A stretch of DNA of 63,193 nucleotides, counting the filler, from Rhabdomonas costata (lineage: Eukaryota), in the NCBI GenBank assembly GCA_019059605.1. It is 31 parts of 31 records of this genome, joined end to end, with 100 filler letters (N's around TTAATTAATTAA, not from the genome) between each part and the next. Parts side by side here need not be neighbours in the genome. Positions count along the whole stretch, not along the records: positions 34,721 to 36,661 come from JAHMHO010007134.1; positions 36,762 to 38,703 come from JAHMHO010007135.1; positions 38,804 to 40,745 come from JAHMHO010007136.1; positions 40,846 to 42,786 come from JAHMHO010007137.1; positions 42,887 to 44,827 come from JAHMHO010007138.1; positions 44,928 to 46,866 come from JAHMHO010007139.1; 25 more parts are not named here. The stretch is one strand, 5' to 3'. Shown piece after piece: positions 34,807 to 46,866 of the stretch. Both the position numbers and the translations under genes were made by a program. Each line of letters starts with the position of its first letter. The first letter of the stretch is position 1. The notes beneath the pieces are model-generated. The model searched no databases, was not told the DNA's origin, and worked only from the letters and a program-made list of their open reading frames with translations.

Positions 34807-35249
34807 TGTATTGAGAGGAGGGGTGTTAAACGGTATAACGGTGTTATACAGTATGACGCCGTAATACGATATAAAGTAATACGATATAACGGCGTTTTAC
34901 GGTCATGGGGCAGGTGGTTGAAAAAATGATTTTGGGTTATTTTGTTGTTTTTCACGTTGCTCAGTATTGGTGGTAGGAACTCATTCCTTGCTGGGCTTTG
35001 GTTACCAAAAGGGATTCGATTAGCTTAGGGGTGGAAGCCCGCCCACGGCGCGGCCGGAGCGGGCAGCTGAGGCGGTGACGTTGCTGGGGGTAGATTTCAA
35101 AGCTACGTGGCGATACACGTCAAACCGAAGCATGTACACTTGTGTCTAGGTGGGCCGGGGCCCCGTTGTTTGGTTTCGTTCTATGTCGTATAATACCCCA
35201 AAACCGTAAAACGGCGTTATACCGTATAACGCCCCCCCCCCCAAATACA
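34807..35249. mobile_element. MITE-like element (~440 bp) with imperfect terminal inverted repeats
   Basis: Left end TGTATTGAGAGGAGGGGTGTTAAACGGTATAACGGTGTTATAC matches the reverse complement of the right end, TGTATTTG(G)nCGTTATACGGTATAACGCCGTTTTAC. Subterminal TATAACG/CGTTATA repeats; no ORF inside. Confidence 0.6.
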
Positions 35250-36997
35250 AAGGGACCTCATCTTAATAGACGGCCAGCAGTCCTTGATCCTTATTCTTGA
35301 CAAATGCTGGGTGAGGTATTTTCAGTTGCACATAAGTATATGTGTACATCGCAGGCGGGGACACACGGGACTGAACGGGTGGAACGCCGCGCTTGTGTTG
35401 GGTTTGTGGTGAGAGGAATTTTACACGCCCAGGAGCTTGCACTTGAGGGAGCCTCAAAGAACTTGCAGCAGGACATGAACGCCCTGCAGCACACTGCCGG
35501 TGAGTTGCGGGCACTGCGTCAGCTTTGCTCCCATCTTACACCCTCCTCCTCTGCACATACGGCTGGTCTGCCTTTGCGATTCCCGCCACCGCCTGAATCA
35601 CAGCACATCACCAGATAGGATCGCTCTTTGGCAGTGCCGCTTTGCAGCTCTGCTGCCTTTTAAACCCACCTGGGCAGACATTTGAGACACTTCGAAGAAT
35701 AAAAAAGGTTGCAGGCCAATATGAGAGGGTCGTCTTTTTCGATTTGTGTCGGTGATTTTAGTTTCTTACGATAGTAAAGCTGTGTGTTGACGGGCCCACG
35801 CGCGCTGTCGCATGCACGTCAAGGTACATCTTCGGAGCGAACGGCGTTAAGGGGTGCAGACTCCGCCGAACGTTCCACACGTGGTGCCTCCCTTCTGCGC
35901 CATCGGGTCTCGGGGGTTTTGTTGCGCGCAGCTTCCTTTTCCGAGCAGCTCCATTGTTCCTCGGGTCTCTGGGGTTGAAGTCTTATTGATGTGTGCTGCA
36001 TTGATGTGTGTGGTGATTGCCGTGAAAATTCTACATTCCACCGGAAAGAAAGAGCTCGGCAACAGCGAGTCCTTAACTATCAATAATCAATACCTCTAGG
36101 GTGGGGTGTGGCGTGAAGTGGGTGGGGGAGCTCGCATACTAAAACCAAAAACTCACGGCTGCACTGGCCCATACTCGTTTCGAACAGATCTACCTATCAT
36201 ATACCCCTCCTTGTAGGAACATCGCTGGTGCCCGTTGCCATTGACAGCCGCACCAACCAGCGCACCACTGCCTTCGCTGCAAGTTCGCCTGTGTTCACCA
36301 CCCTGAGCCTCCGAATATGTATGCAGCGGATCGACCTCCTCCTCGGCTCCTGACGGGACGGTGGCGGGAGTCGCCAGGGCATTGAGCAGGGTGCTTAACG
36401 TGGCCAGCAGGCGGGACAGCAGAGCACGCTCCATGGAGAGCGGGTCGGGAACATCGACTGAGGGGACGGGGACACGCGCCGAGGCATGCGGGGTCACGGA
36501 GGACAGCACGCCAGCCATCAGCTTTCACAACAGCAGCGGCTTCTAACAGTTACGGCCAGCGGCTCAGTTCAGTACAGAGCGCGACAACTTTACAGCAAAC
36601 CGCGAGAGAAGAAACAGCTGAGGAGGATTTGGATTAAACCCAACAATACATCCCCCCCCACNNNNNNNNNNNNNNNNNNNNNNNNNNNNNNNNNNNNNNN
36701 NNNNNTTAATTAATTAANNNNNNNNNNNNNNNNNNNNNNNNNNNNNNNNNNNNNNNNNNNNGTTTGTGGTGTGTTCCGCTGAACGGAGTGCGCTTCTCGG
36801 GGTGGCGCGGGGCGGGCGGTGTACTCGGAAGTTATTGTGTGTGATGGTTGCTTGCTCAGCCTTCAGTGCACACTTCTTTCCATCGGTAGCCCTTTTACAG
36901 GCAAAGCATCTTCATCGCTCACCTATCCTATCCTTTCCAACCGATCGCGGTGGGTGACGATGATGTGATACGTTTCTGGCGGATGGGCGGCTCACAG

Positions 36998-37971
36998 AAT
37001 TGGAGCTTGGACTTCTGGTTTGCCAGCATGTGGTGTGGTTTTTTGCGGTGGTGTTCGCGGCGACGCACTCGATGAGCTACCTCAGCCGCCACAAGTCCGT
37101 GCTGGCTTACCCCCCGTGGAGGCAAATCCCGTGGGTGGTCCTGAGCACAGCCGCGGTGATAGCCCAACTCGTGCTGTGCATCATCTGCCTCTCCATTGCA
37201 GGCGTGCCCTCGTGCGTCCATGAGTGGGTTATGTGAGGGCTCGCTGCTTTATTGTTGTGAGGAGGCTTCATCGCCTCTCTTCGGACGTGATGTACGACAT
37301 CGATGCATGTATTAATTTGTGCGGGACATGGGGTTCCAAATTGGCTGCTCAACAGTCCCGATGTGGTTTTTTTTCGAAAACCCCACTGGATTCGAAACAA
37401 TGGGGAGTGTCATATCAGCCAAAATATCTTGCACCCTTTCGATTTGGAGGTTTGGTCTGCCTCCACCATCGCCTGTTTGTTTTGCTGTGTGTTCAGCTCT
37501 CTTCCTGGACTCAATAAATTCAATTCTCCTCTGAGTTGGTAACTCTGGTTTCTCCTTGCTTGCTTTCGGTTTCCTCTCCCTCCCCATCGCTTGGCCCCTT
37601 TCTGCCGCGGAACACTTTGGTCACGGTTGAACAAATTGCTACCCTTTCGGCTCTGATTGGGTACACTGTTTTGCATGAGCACACGAGCCCCTGATTGTAT
37701 TGAGGAGCGATTCCCCTACTTTGGTTGTGCTGCGCGGTCGTCCTTATGTGTTTGTGGTTCAGCGGTTCAGCACTCCCATGGGGGCGAGCTGGTGCGGGGC
37801 TACGTGAGGGCACTTCCGCCCGAAGTCTATGCCGTGGGCTTTGGGTGGCCCTTGGTCATCGTTGGGGTGGACGAGTGGGCAAAGCGCTCCCGAACCTCGG
37901 GGTACCTTGCACTGCAGAAAAGGCTGAAGCTTCAGTTCGAGACCAGGCTGGGAGCGTACAGCCCCAAATAA
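36998..37971 (+). CDS. TMEM94: TMEM94 (P-type ATPase-like membrane protein), last two exons
   Basis: Hydrophobic exon LVCQHVVWFFAVVFAATHSMSYLSRHKSVLAYPPWRQIPWV... and terminal exon ...GWPLVIVGVDEWAKR...QKRLKLQFETRLGAYSPK-stop, matching the KLQFETKLGMxSP C-terminus of this family. Confidence 0.85.
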
Positions 37972-40900
37972 AGCCCCAAGTAAAGGAGGCCCCTCCGCTG
38001 TACAGAGCTGCTGAATGCAGCCTTGCGCGGTTGAGCATCAGCACTTGGGAGGTGGCACAGCTCACCCTGGTGGATTGGAGACTGTGCTTTGGCTAGGCAA
38101 GCTTGTGCACTCCTCGCAGGTGAGGGGAAGCATGACAGCCACTACAGCTCTACAGTTCAGGCCGTCCCCCCTGCCGTGCGAGGGAAGGAGTGCTGGCACA
38201 AGGACTTCGCCTCCGAGTTGTGCTGTGTCCGTGCGTGCGTGCGTACGCGCGCGTGAGTGTGTGCCTCCCTTTTGCCCGTGTTATCGATGTCATCTTTGCC
38301 CAGCGTTGCGGAGCACAGATGCGTGAATGGTGCTCGCCGCTGCCTTATTTTGTTGACCGAGAGGCGGGCCACCCCCGATGGGGGCAGCAGGGTCTTTCCG
38401 GCCTTCCTAGCTTGGATATCATGAATGTGATCGAGTCAAACAGCAGCAGCAGCAGCCCACCAAAGCCTCACATTCACCCAACACCAAGTCCACCAGTCAC
38501 CAATGCCGTAGTCACTAATACCAATCGCTCCCTTTCCAATCACACCATTACTACAAGCTCACCACCACACCGCCAGCCAACAATCGGGGGGTTTTCAGGT
38601 CATCCCGACATATCGTGTTTCATTAATATCGATGACTCAAGGATTTGAAGCAGGTTATATCGTAAACTGAGAACCTGTAATTTTTCGGCGAAAAAACAAC
38701 CACNNNNNNNNNNNNNNNNNNNNNNNNNNNNNNNNNNNNNNNNNNNNTTAATTAATTAANNNNNNNNNNNNNNNNNNNNNNNNNNNNNNNNNNNNNNNNN
38801 NNNAGTCAGCTGAACTTGCTGAAATGAAATGGGTGGTTTGCGTGTCCTCATGGGCCGCAGGAGTGACCCCGAGGCTTCCCACGCTGAGCAAGCCCACGGG
38901 GTACTGCGTGGCTGCGCTGCCCATGGAGCCCTCCGGCAGCGCGTGGGCTCTGCTGCTACGGCGCTGCGCGGGGTGTGAGGAGTGCCCGGCCGTGCGGCAG
39001 GCGTGTTGTGCGGCGTGTTGTGGGCTATGAAGTTCTGGTTTCACGGAAAAACTTGTCACTGACATGGATGTGTAGTGTGGTGCGGGAATGGTGAGAAATG
39101 TCGACAGGCTCCAGTCTCTTTTGAAGAAGCCGCATCTCTCCTGCATGCGGACGTATATTTTTCTGTTTCACTGAACAGGTCTTCGCAAAGCTTTTGGAGG
39201 TGCTGTGCAGCCCCGTGCTCAGCGCCGACCCCAGCACCATGGCCGCAGTGCTGCGAGTGCACCACTTTCTTTTCTCCGTGGCTGCTCCACCATGGGCTAC
39301 CACCACCACCAACAACAACAGCAGCAACAACAACACTGCCCCTGCAACTGCCTGCGTTGTGTGTACTGTCCAGGCGGCATCCTCCCCTCAAGCCTCACCT
39401 GGGCCACCTTGGTGGCCCACGGCAAGTTCTTCCCTTGGCCCTGTTCCAGCGCTCGTTGGGGAAAAGAGGCCCTCGGGACCAGGTCTGCCCCTGAATCTCA
39501 CCCCAGCCCTGTCTACCGCGCTGCTCCCAAGCTTTGTCAGTTTGCTTTGCGGTTTTGAGATCCCACAGTACAACAGTACAGTGGGACAGTGGTTTGAGAT
39601 CCCACAGTACAGAGCAATTCCATCGCTGCTTCTGCTGCATCCGTTCGGGCTGCCTTTTGTACGTGTTGCCATGCAGTTTTTAGCTCGCCCACGCAGTCGA
39701 AGAAACTGTCTCCCCACGTATGCAATGGCACTGAAGAGAGAAATGGCTTTGACCCAACAATATCGACCGAGTTTCGGCTCCCGCGCACCCTTCCATGTTG
39801 TGCTGGCCAAATGCAATGGCCAGCAGTAAGGCGGCTCAAGGCCTCAGAAGAGTCATTTCTCTTCCACCGGTCTCACTGCACGTGGTCACACGAGATGCTG
39901 CTGCAAGCAGCGACCGACCACGAGAAGAATGCCATAAAGGCAACCTTCTGTTGCGGCACTGCAAAAGGTCCTCCTTTGACGGGATTTTTTTCGAGTAGAA
40001 AGTGAAGAAGTACATCCCCTACAATCTGACCTCCTTCATCACACAACCCGATGTGCTGGCCAATTACATAGCAACGACACAGGCGACCGCATTCTGTGCA
40101 CGCTGTCTGTGATTGTGAGTTACAATACCGAGCTTTCGTGCGAGAGGAAAGCAAGTAAGTAGGTGAAATTGGCGCAGCCTTGGACGTTCAGCACACGGCA
40201 GCTATTGTTACAGACCAAGTCTCAGTGAAGGGAAAGTACAACTGGCAAGCATCGATAAACTGTTCGCACTGGTCGAGTGCTGTACGTTTGTGTCGGTCCG
40301 TTTCTTTTTATACCCCCAGCACGAGCCGTTCTTACCGAAAGTTCTGTATTGCTTCGCGTTACTGCGTCGACATCTGGGTCCAGTTTTTTTTTCAGTTGTT
40401 CCCTCTTTCTAGTTGAACCTGCGCTCGGACCAACCACCTGTTTCAGAATTGTGGGCCATCCCACTTTGCTGACTCACCTTTTCCAGTCATCATTATGGGG
40501 AACATTGACTCTGGGGAATGGGGGTCTGACACCTTGGCTTCATTTTCTTTAGCATTTTCATTTTCCTTTAACCGGAGGAAACGAAGTCACTGGCGCACAA
40601 AGTGGTGCTGAATTCTATTTTTTTCGGCCGGTCCACCATGCAGTGGAAGAAGGGCCTTCGAGGCGGTTTGGCGGACTTGTAGTGCTCTTTGTGTTGATTC
40701 GGTGGCTGTTTGCGTTTTACTGAATGAACTGAGCAGTGCTCCGATNNNNNNNNNNNNNNNNNNNNNNNNNNNNNNNNNNNNNNNNNNNNTTAATTAATTA
40801 ANNNNNNNNNNNNNNNNNNNNNNNNNNNNNNNNNNNNNNNNNNNNTGTGTTGGTGGGACAGCCGTGCAGGGTGGGGATGCCCGTAAGGACGCGGTTTTCT

Positions 40901-41258
40901 TCGTGGACACGGGGATCTCTGTGGGTGGCAACGAGCCTGCGATACAGATCGAGGTGCCGCACCACGGCTGATTTTTAACCTCTCTGAAATTTGCCCTTCT
41001 CTCCTCTCACTCCGAGCCCACACGAAACCCGCCGGAACGATGGTAGACGTCAACAGTCAACAAGCATGCGAGTTCCTGGCGAGCTGCAGCGATTTGCTCG
41101 GCAGAAAAAGAGCGCCGCTTCCGCCCTCTCCACTACGCCGTTTCCGTCATAGATCATTCACCTTTCCTCTTTTGACTTTTCCCCTTCTGTTATTCACGAC
41201 GACGATAGCGAGATGGGTGCTGGCGGTGGGTAGTGGTGGGGTTCTGGTGCTGCCACAG

Positions 41259-42380
41259 GTTCTGGACCCCAAAGGGGAGTCCGTGGCCATCGCTGAGCTG
41301 GTGGACCACGAGGACGGGACCTATACCGGGGGAGAGTTCCACCCCAACATCAAGGGGCAGTACAAGGTCTCCGTGAAAGTATGGGGAGAGCCCGTCTCGG
41401 GGAGCCCGTTCGCGCCTGTCTTTGAGGCGGCCAGCAGGGAGCGCTCATTCGCCAGCGGACCGGTGTGAGCCATTGTGGTCCCCCTCCGCCCGCCTTCGAC
41501 CTTTGTGTTCACGTGTCCCAATGGAATGCACGCTGCGACTGACAACTGTGCGCGTGCCCTACCATGATAACTCTATATTTCTATTTTCGTGATGCCTCTG
41601 TGGTGGTATGGTTGGCAGAAGCTTCTTCTCTGCTTTTTCCACATGTTGCTTCAGGGTGTCGAGGGCGGCGGCAAGGCGAGAGTGGGCCGGGTGATGGCAT
41701 TTACAATCCACTCGAGGGACCAGAGTGGAGACCCCCTCAAGGAAGGTGGGGAGCCATTCAAAGTTCTGGTGAAGGTCCGCGCTGGGCTTTTCTTGGCCGT
41801 TTCGCCCAATTCTTCTTCGACCCCTGTCTCCGAACATGCGCAATGGCACGCGTACAAAGGAAAACATTTGTGATCCACTTCTCCACTCTTTCTGATTCCC
41901 GTCCTTGCTCTCACTCTCTCATTGCCTGTACTCGACTATACAGTCTCCGAAGGGTACGGAGCCGGCCACCGTGGAGGACAACAACGATGGGACCTACACT
42001 GTGACGTATACTCCCGAGGTTGCGGGGTCCTACCAGGTGCGCAAGGATGTATGGTGGTAGTGACTGCTGCTTGAGACAGTTGTGGACATGTTCTGATGTG
42101 CCGAGGAGATGCACTACAGCTGCGGGCACCCCATCTGCTCATCTGCTGCTACGGGACAACTGACCGGTTGGTCCATGTGTCCACGGGAAGTTAGTTCAGG
42201 AGGTAGAGTGAAGGTGGACATCTCGCTGCACAGGTGGACATCTCGCTGCACGACAACCCCCTCTCGGTGTGCCCGTACAAGCTCACGATTCTGGATGATC
42301 GCGAGGCCCGACCGCGGAAGTTGAAGGATACTCGCGCGAGGCCCTCTTCCTCTCGCAGCCCCGTGCGCAAGGCCCGACGG
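41259..42380 (+). CDS. Filamin/ABP280 Ig-like repeat protein, internal exons
   Basis: Exons 41259-41462 (LVDHEDGTYTG...GQYKVSVKVWGEPVSGSPF...SFASGP), 41655-41774 (GVEGG...AFTIHSRDQSGDPLKEGGEPFKVLVK), 41944-42036 (ATVEDNNDGTYTVTYTPEVAGSYQ) and from 42234 (VDISLHDNPLSVCPYKLTI). All GT-AG, phase 0. The end of the last exon is uncertain. Confidence 0.9.
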
Positions 42381-44521
42381 GGCGACTCTTCGGGTACCCT
42401 CCCCTCCGCCCCCGGTCCTCTGCACCCGGTCCCCACACCCGTACCTCTTCTCGTCTGTTGAATGGAGTGAATTAGGGTTGTTGATGCCTCAGTGCAGAGA
42501 GTTTCCTTCGTGCGCTCTTCGTCTTTGCTGCGAATATTTTCCTGGTCCCTTGCCCTTGCACTCCAAACAGACAACCACGATTACCAATGGGAAGTAATCA
42601 TGCAAAGAAGAGTATTGCTTGACGTGTATCCATGAACTGTCCTAAACGCGCCTTCGCATCCTTGCTTGTTTTTTGTCAGTGGATGTGCTGATTTCGCGTG
42701 TCCTGCCCCACCACCGCCTCACTGTCTGTCCACACCAACAACAACCCCGGAACCACCGTCACGTGACTCCCACACACACCCAACACNNNNNNNNNNNNNN
42801 NNNNNNNNNNNNNNNNNNNNNNNNNNNNNNTTAATTAATTAANNNNNNNNNNNNNNNNNNNNNNNNNNNNNNNNNNNNNNNNNNNNGGTTGGGGCGCCTT
42901 TCGACGATGCTAATCTGTTGAGTTGTCACTTGAGTTGGCTCGGGAGGACATGTGTGCAGTAGAGTGCCCCTTGAGCTCTCTCTGGGGTTTTGGGTGCGCG
43001 TTTAGGTTGGAGTGCCGTATGTTTTGGCTGAGCTCGGCCGTCAACAGCGGCCTCCGCGGGTCTTCACCGGTGCCCTCAGCACACTCCGCACCTCCCAGGT
43101 CAGCGCTCTAACTTTTTAAGCATGATGTGCGCATGGTTGGGCATGGGATCTATCGGCCGAAAATGACATTCGTCCAGGCCCCCTTCTTGCCCCCGCCCCC
43201 GGACGATCGTCCTTTTCCGCCGACTAACTGTCCTTAAGTCGTAGGCATGCACACAAGTGGGTGTGGGCCCTTTGCCAGCAAGCTACATAGGCCCTGTTCT
43301 GCCCCACGAATGTCCATGACCTCTAGGCTGCCTGCGGTTGTCCTGTATAGTGATACGGGAGCACACCTTGTACCAATGTGTTTGAGGCGGGAATGACGCA
43401 GTGCGCGGGTAGGGGATCCCTCCGTGGCTCGATTTCCCTAGGGGAACAGTTCGAAAGCCCCTAAGCATTGCCTATCTCAAGGAAAAGTGTTTGAACAGTT
43501 AAGGGTGAAAGTTCTGGCGATCAGAACGGTTTACTGCTGACGTTTGGGAGACTTTTAGGCAGTTCTATTTGTTCTATTGGTGTGTTTTGTTGCTGTTTGT
43601 GTGGGTGTTCGACCTGTGATGGGTGTGGGCACAGCACTGGGACACTGTGGTGGAGTATCTGCAGTGGAGCGGTCCCTGGTTACGGGCCGGGTGGGAAGCG
43701 GCGGTGTTATTGCAGCAGTTGCTTTACTTGTGTGAGGTATCGCAGTCCCTTTTATCTCCACTTGTTTCGCCGCTGCCATGAAAATCAGAATTCAGCATGC
43801 ATGGAGTTGCTCCATATAATGTATTCATCCGCAGGGCGTACTTGAAGATCGATTCGACTGTAATGGGGTGATGTGGGAAGGGTGGACTCTGTTGGCTTTA
43901 CTTGGTGCCCAGTTGCCGTTCTCTGGTTCGTCGAAGGGAAAAATACTCTGTTCCTCCAGCACTCGCCGTACTACCATCCGCTGTTGCGGCTGCGCCGAAT
44001 TGTGCTGGACCGCCTGCGGCCTGCTGATATGGTGAGAGGCGTGTCCCTGAGAGTCTGTGGCTTTTGCTGCCTCGTTCTTCACTCTAAAACCCAAGCCCGT
44101 GAACTGTCCTACCGTTCTACCCTACTGGAGGGCTCCCTACAACCCTACAACCGCGCCTGCAGCCCCATGGGAGTTTTATACATGGTCGAATGCGGCATGG
44201 AAAGGCTTGGTTGGAAATGCTGGTTTTGCGCAAAAGTTGTGGCAGGGCTAAGAACAAGAATGCCAATAGATCCTACGTTTTTGGTTGGGGCTTGGAATGC
44301 CATCCATATTTCAACGCCTCCCTTCCCATTCTGGACGTAGCCGTTTAAGTGCGATTTTGAACACTTTTGTTTACATAATGTGCCATTTCAGACGGAGTGG
44401 AGCACTGCGGGTGCACGCAAACTCTGGGTGTGTGAGCCCCTCGCCCCCCTTTCGCTTTCCTGCCACATCCTACCTTTCCTCTCTCCTTACTTTCGTTCAC
44501 ACAGGATGGCACAGGCTGCAC

Positions 44522-44543
44522 AGGGTTAGGGTTAGGGTCAGGG
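44522..44543 (+). repeat. Short interstitial telomere-type repeat
   Basis: AGGGTTAGGGTTAGGGTCAGGG. Confidence 0.7.
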
Positions 44544-45192
44544 CGGCGTGGGCATATGCAGCAGTAATGTGCCAAAACACATAGGAATTCGTTTGCTCCA
44601 AATGTGTGTGCCGCTGTCTTCTGCCTGCCTCATCTTTTTTTGTGCGCGCGGTTCCATGTAGAGGACCTTTGATGCTGGATATTTGCCCTCTGATTTGGAG
44701 AATGCTGGATATTCATTAAAATGCTCAGTTAATGTGCCTCAGTTCTATTGGTGGCTGACCAGAATGTACAGTTAGATATGGAGTACATTAACTGAGCATT
44801 TTAATGAATATCCAGCACCCCACAACCNNNNNNNNNNNNNNNNNNNNNNNNNNNNNNNNNNNNNNNNNNNNTTAATTAATTAANNNNNNNNNNNNNNNNN
44901 NNNNNNNNNNNNNNNNNNNNNNNNNNNGGGGTTGTTCTGGGGACCGCAAGTTCCCCCCCATCTTTCACTCAAGTAGGGCGTGTTATCACTATTTGCCAAC
45001 GTTTGTTTTGATGTAGCGCCGTCTTCAGCATTCTTGTAAGCCGATATTTATGGGGTTTGAAGGGGCTTGCAATATGAGAATCGGATTCAGATTCAAAGTA
45101 GCATGACAGTTTCAGTTGCACAAAAAAATTCCCAAGGGAAATCACCCACGAAAAAATAGCTCTGGTCGCTTGCCTTTGCAGCGCATTCACGC

Positions 45193-46866
45193 CTGTAAAC
45201 TTTGTGCGAGGGAATCATGTTATCCGTGGAGCCCAGCATCACAGCGGTCTTCTCGGGAAGCTCATCCGCAAATAGCATGTTCTTTTGCCACCAGAAGTGC
45301 CGCTGTACAGTGTACCTGAACCCAGAAGAGCTGGTAACCTTCACTCAGGTGGCCGTACAAACAGTTTCCTTGGACCGAGCTGGAGTCAATAGTTATTATT
45401 ATTATTATTATCACGGAGCTTCCCATACACTTGTCGACACCTCATCAAGTAATACCTCATCAAGAAGCCATGTGTGTACACTCCAACGTCATGGTTGTCG
45501 GCGGGTCGTATTGCGTGTGCTCATTCTTGTGCTTCCAGATTTTGCCCGTGTTTACAGCCCGGATTTTTGGAGTTGGTCACTGATATTGTTCAAAGGGGAA
45601 AATAGGATTTATTAGATAAATTGCTTCGTTTCGCAGGAGTCCCATTGACCAAATCAGGGGTGGTGGATGGGTGCAATAAGATCAAAAAGACGAGTACGAG
45701 TAGATCAGTCCCAGCGACCACCCAAACTTCACAAATTCCGAATTCTTTGCTCAAGCACCCGAGGCTTTGAACCTGACATGAAGATCCCCACGGATCAGGG
45801 CGGATAGTGGTCCGCTCACACTATTGCGGTACAGCATGTTCGCAATCACGTCGGGCTCGAAGAGCAGCAGAGGCACGGGGTCGATGAACACCGTGCCGCC
45901 CTGCGCCAGCTCAGGCAGGGTCTTGAGGACCCAGCTGATGTAAATCGTGCCGTAGCTGTGCGCCATGAAGCAGCCCTGCGAAAACCCCGCAGAGCGGAGC
46001 ATGGTGTGCAGGCCCTCCACGGCAGCCTCGATGGTGGGCACGTTGGCTAAGCACAACACACGCACACATATGAGAGCAATGGAAACAGAAGTTGCCTCCT
46101 CCTCCATACAAGCAACTACCGAACCGGTAGAGTGCAAGCAATGGGGGAAGAACGAAGAAGAAATCATGCCACTCAAAGTCAAGAAAAAGCCCGCCCATGC
46201 TCCTCAACCTGGAACTCCTGAGGTATGGGGATGGGGTGGCCTCTAACCATTTCTTCGCATGCGCCTGCGGACAGCGCTTTCACTGCACGTCCCCGCGAGA
46301 TGGAAAACACGAAGGAAGAAATTCTCCGCTTTGCTTCCACTTTCAAAATGGCACATGGATGAGTGGGACTTATGATTTGGGCTCACCTGTTGGGTGCCAG
46401 AAATTGCTCAGGGAGAGGTTCACCTGGGGCATCTCAATGATAAACATCGGCCGCCCCGTCTCCCGCACAACCCGGCGGGTGAAGGGGAGGTACGGAAGCA
46501 TCCCTGCGGTGTGTACGGTGTGTTTGTGTATGTGTGTGTGAATAAGCGCGTTTGTGCGCGTTTACACCCCGCGCGTCCCCCCTCCCCCAAAATTTCACCA
46601 CCTTTTCAACGGTCTACAACGACTGCAAATGTTAGACCACTCTAAAAGATGAGCGAAACAAGTGATGGTTCACGGAGGTTCACGCACCTATTCCAAGACC
46701 CCCGATGAACACCACAGGCTCAGCAGAGCGTGCCGAGCGTTCCCCGTCCGCACCGTCCGCAAGGTGTGGTGCCACCTCGCCAGAGGAGCGGTACCACGCC
46801 CGCAAGGGCCCTGCCTCGCACCGCATAAATCCCATCTGCCTCAGCACCCCGTGTGCCCACACACCC
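45193..46866 (-). CDS. Alpha/beta hydrolase-fold protein, four exons
   Basis: Exons 46866-46688 (PVVFIGGLGIG), 46503-46387 (MLPYLPF...IIEMPQVNL), 46046-45773 (GCFMAHSYGTIYISW...VFIDPVPLLL) and 45315-45193 (RHFWWQKNMLF...LGSTDNMIP). Nucleophile motif AHSYG; phases consistent. Confidence 0.85.
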
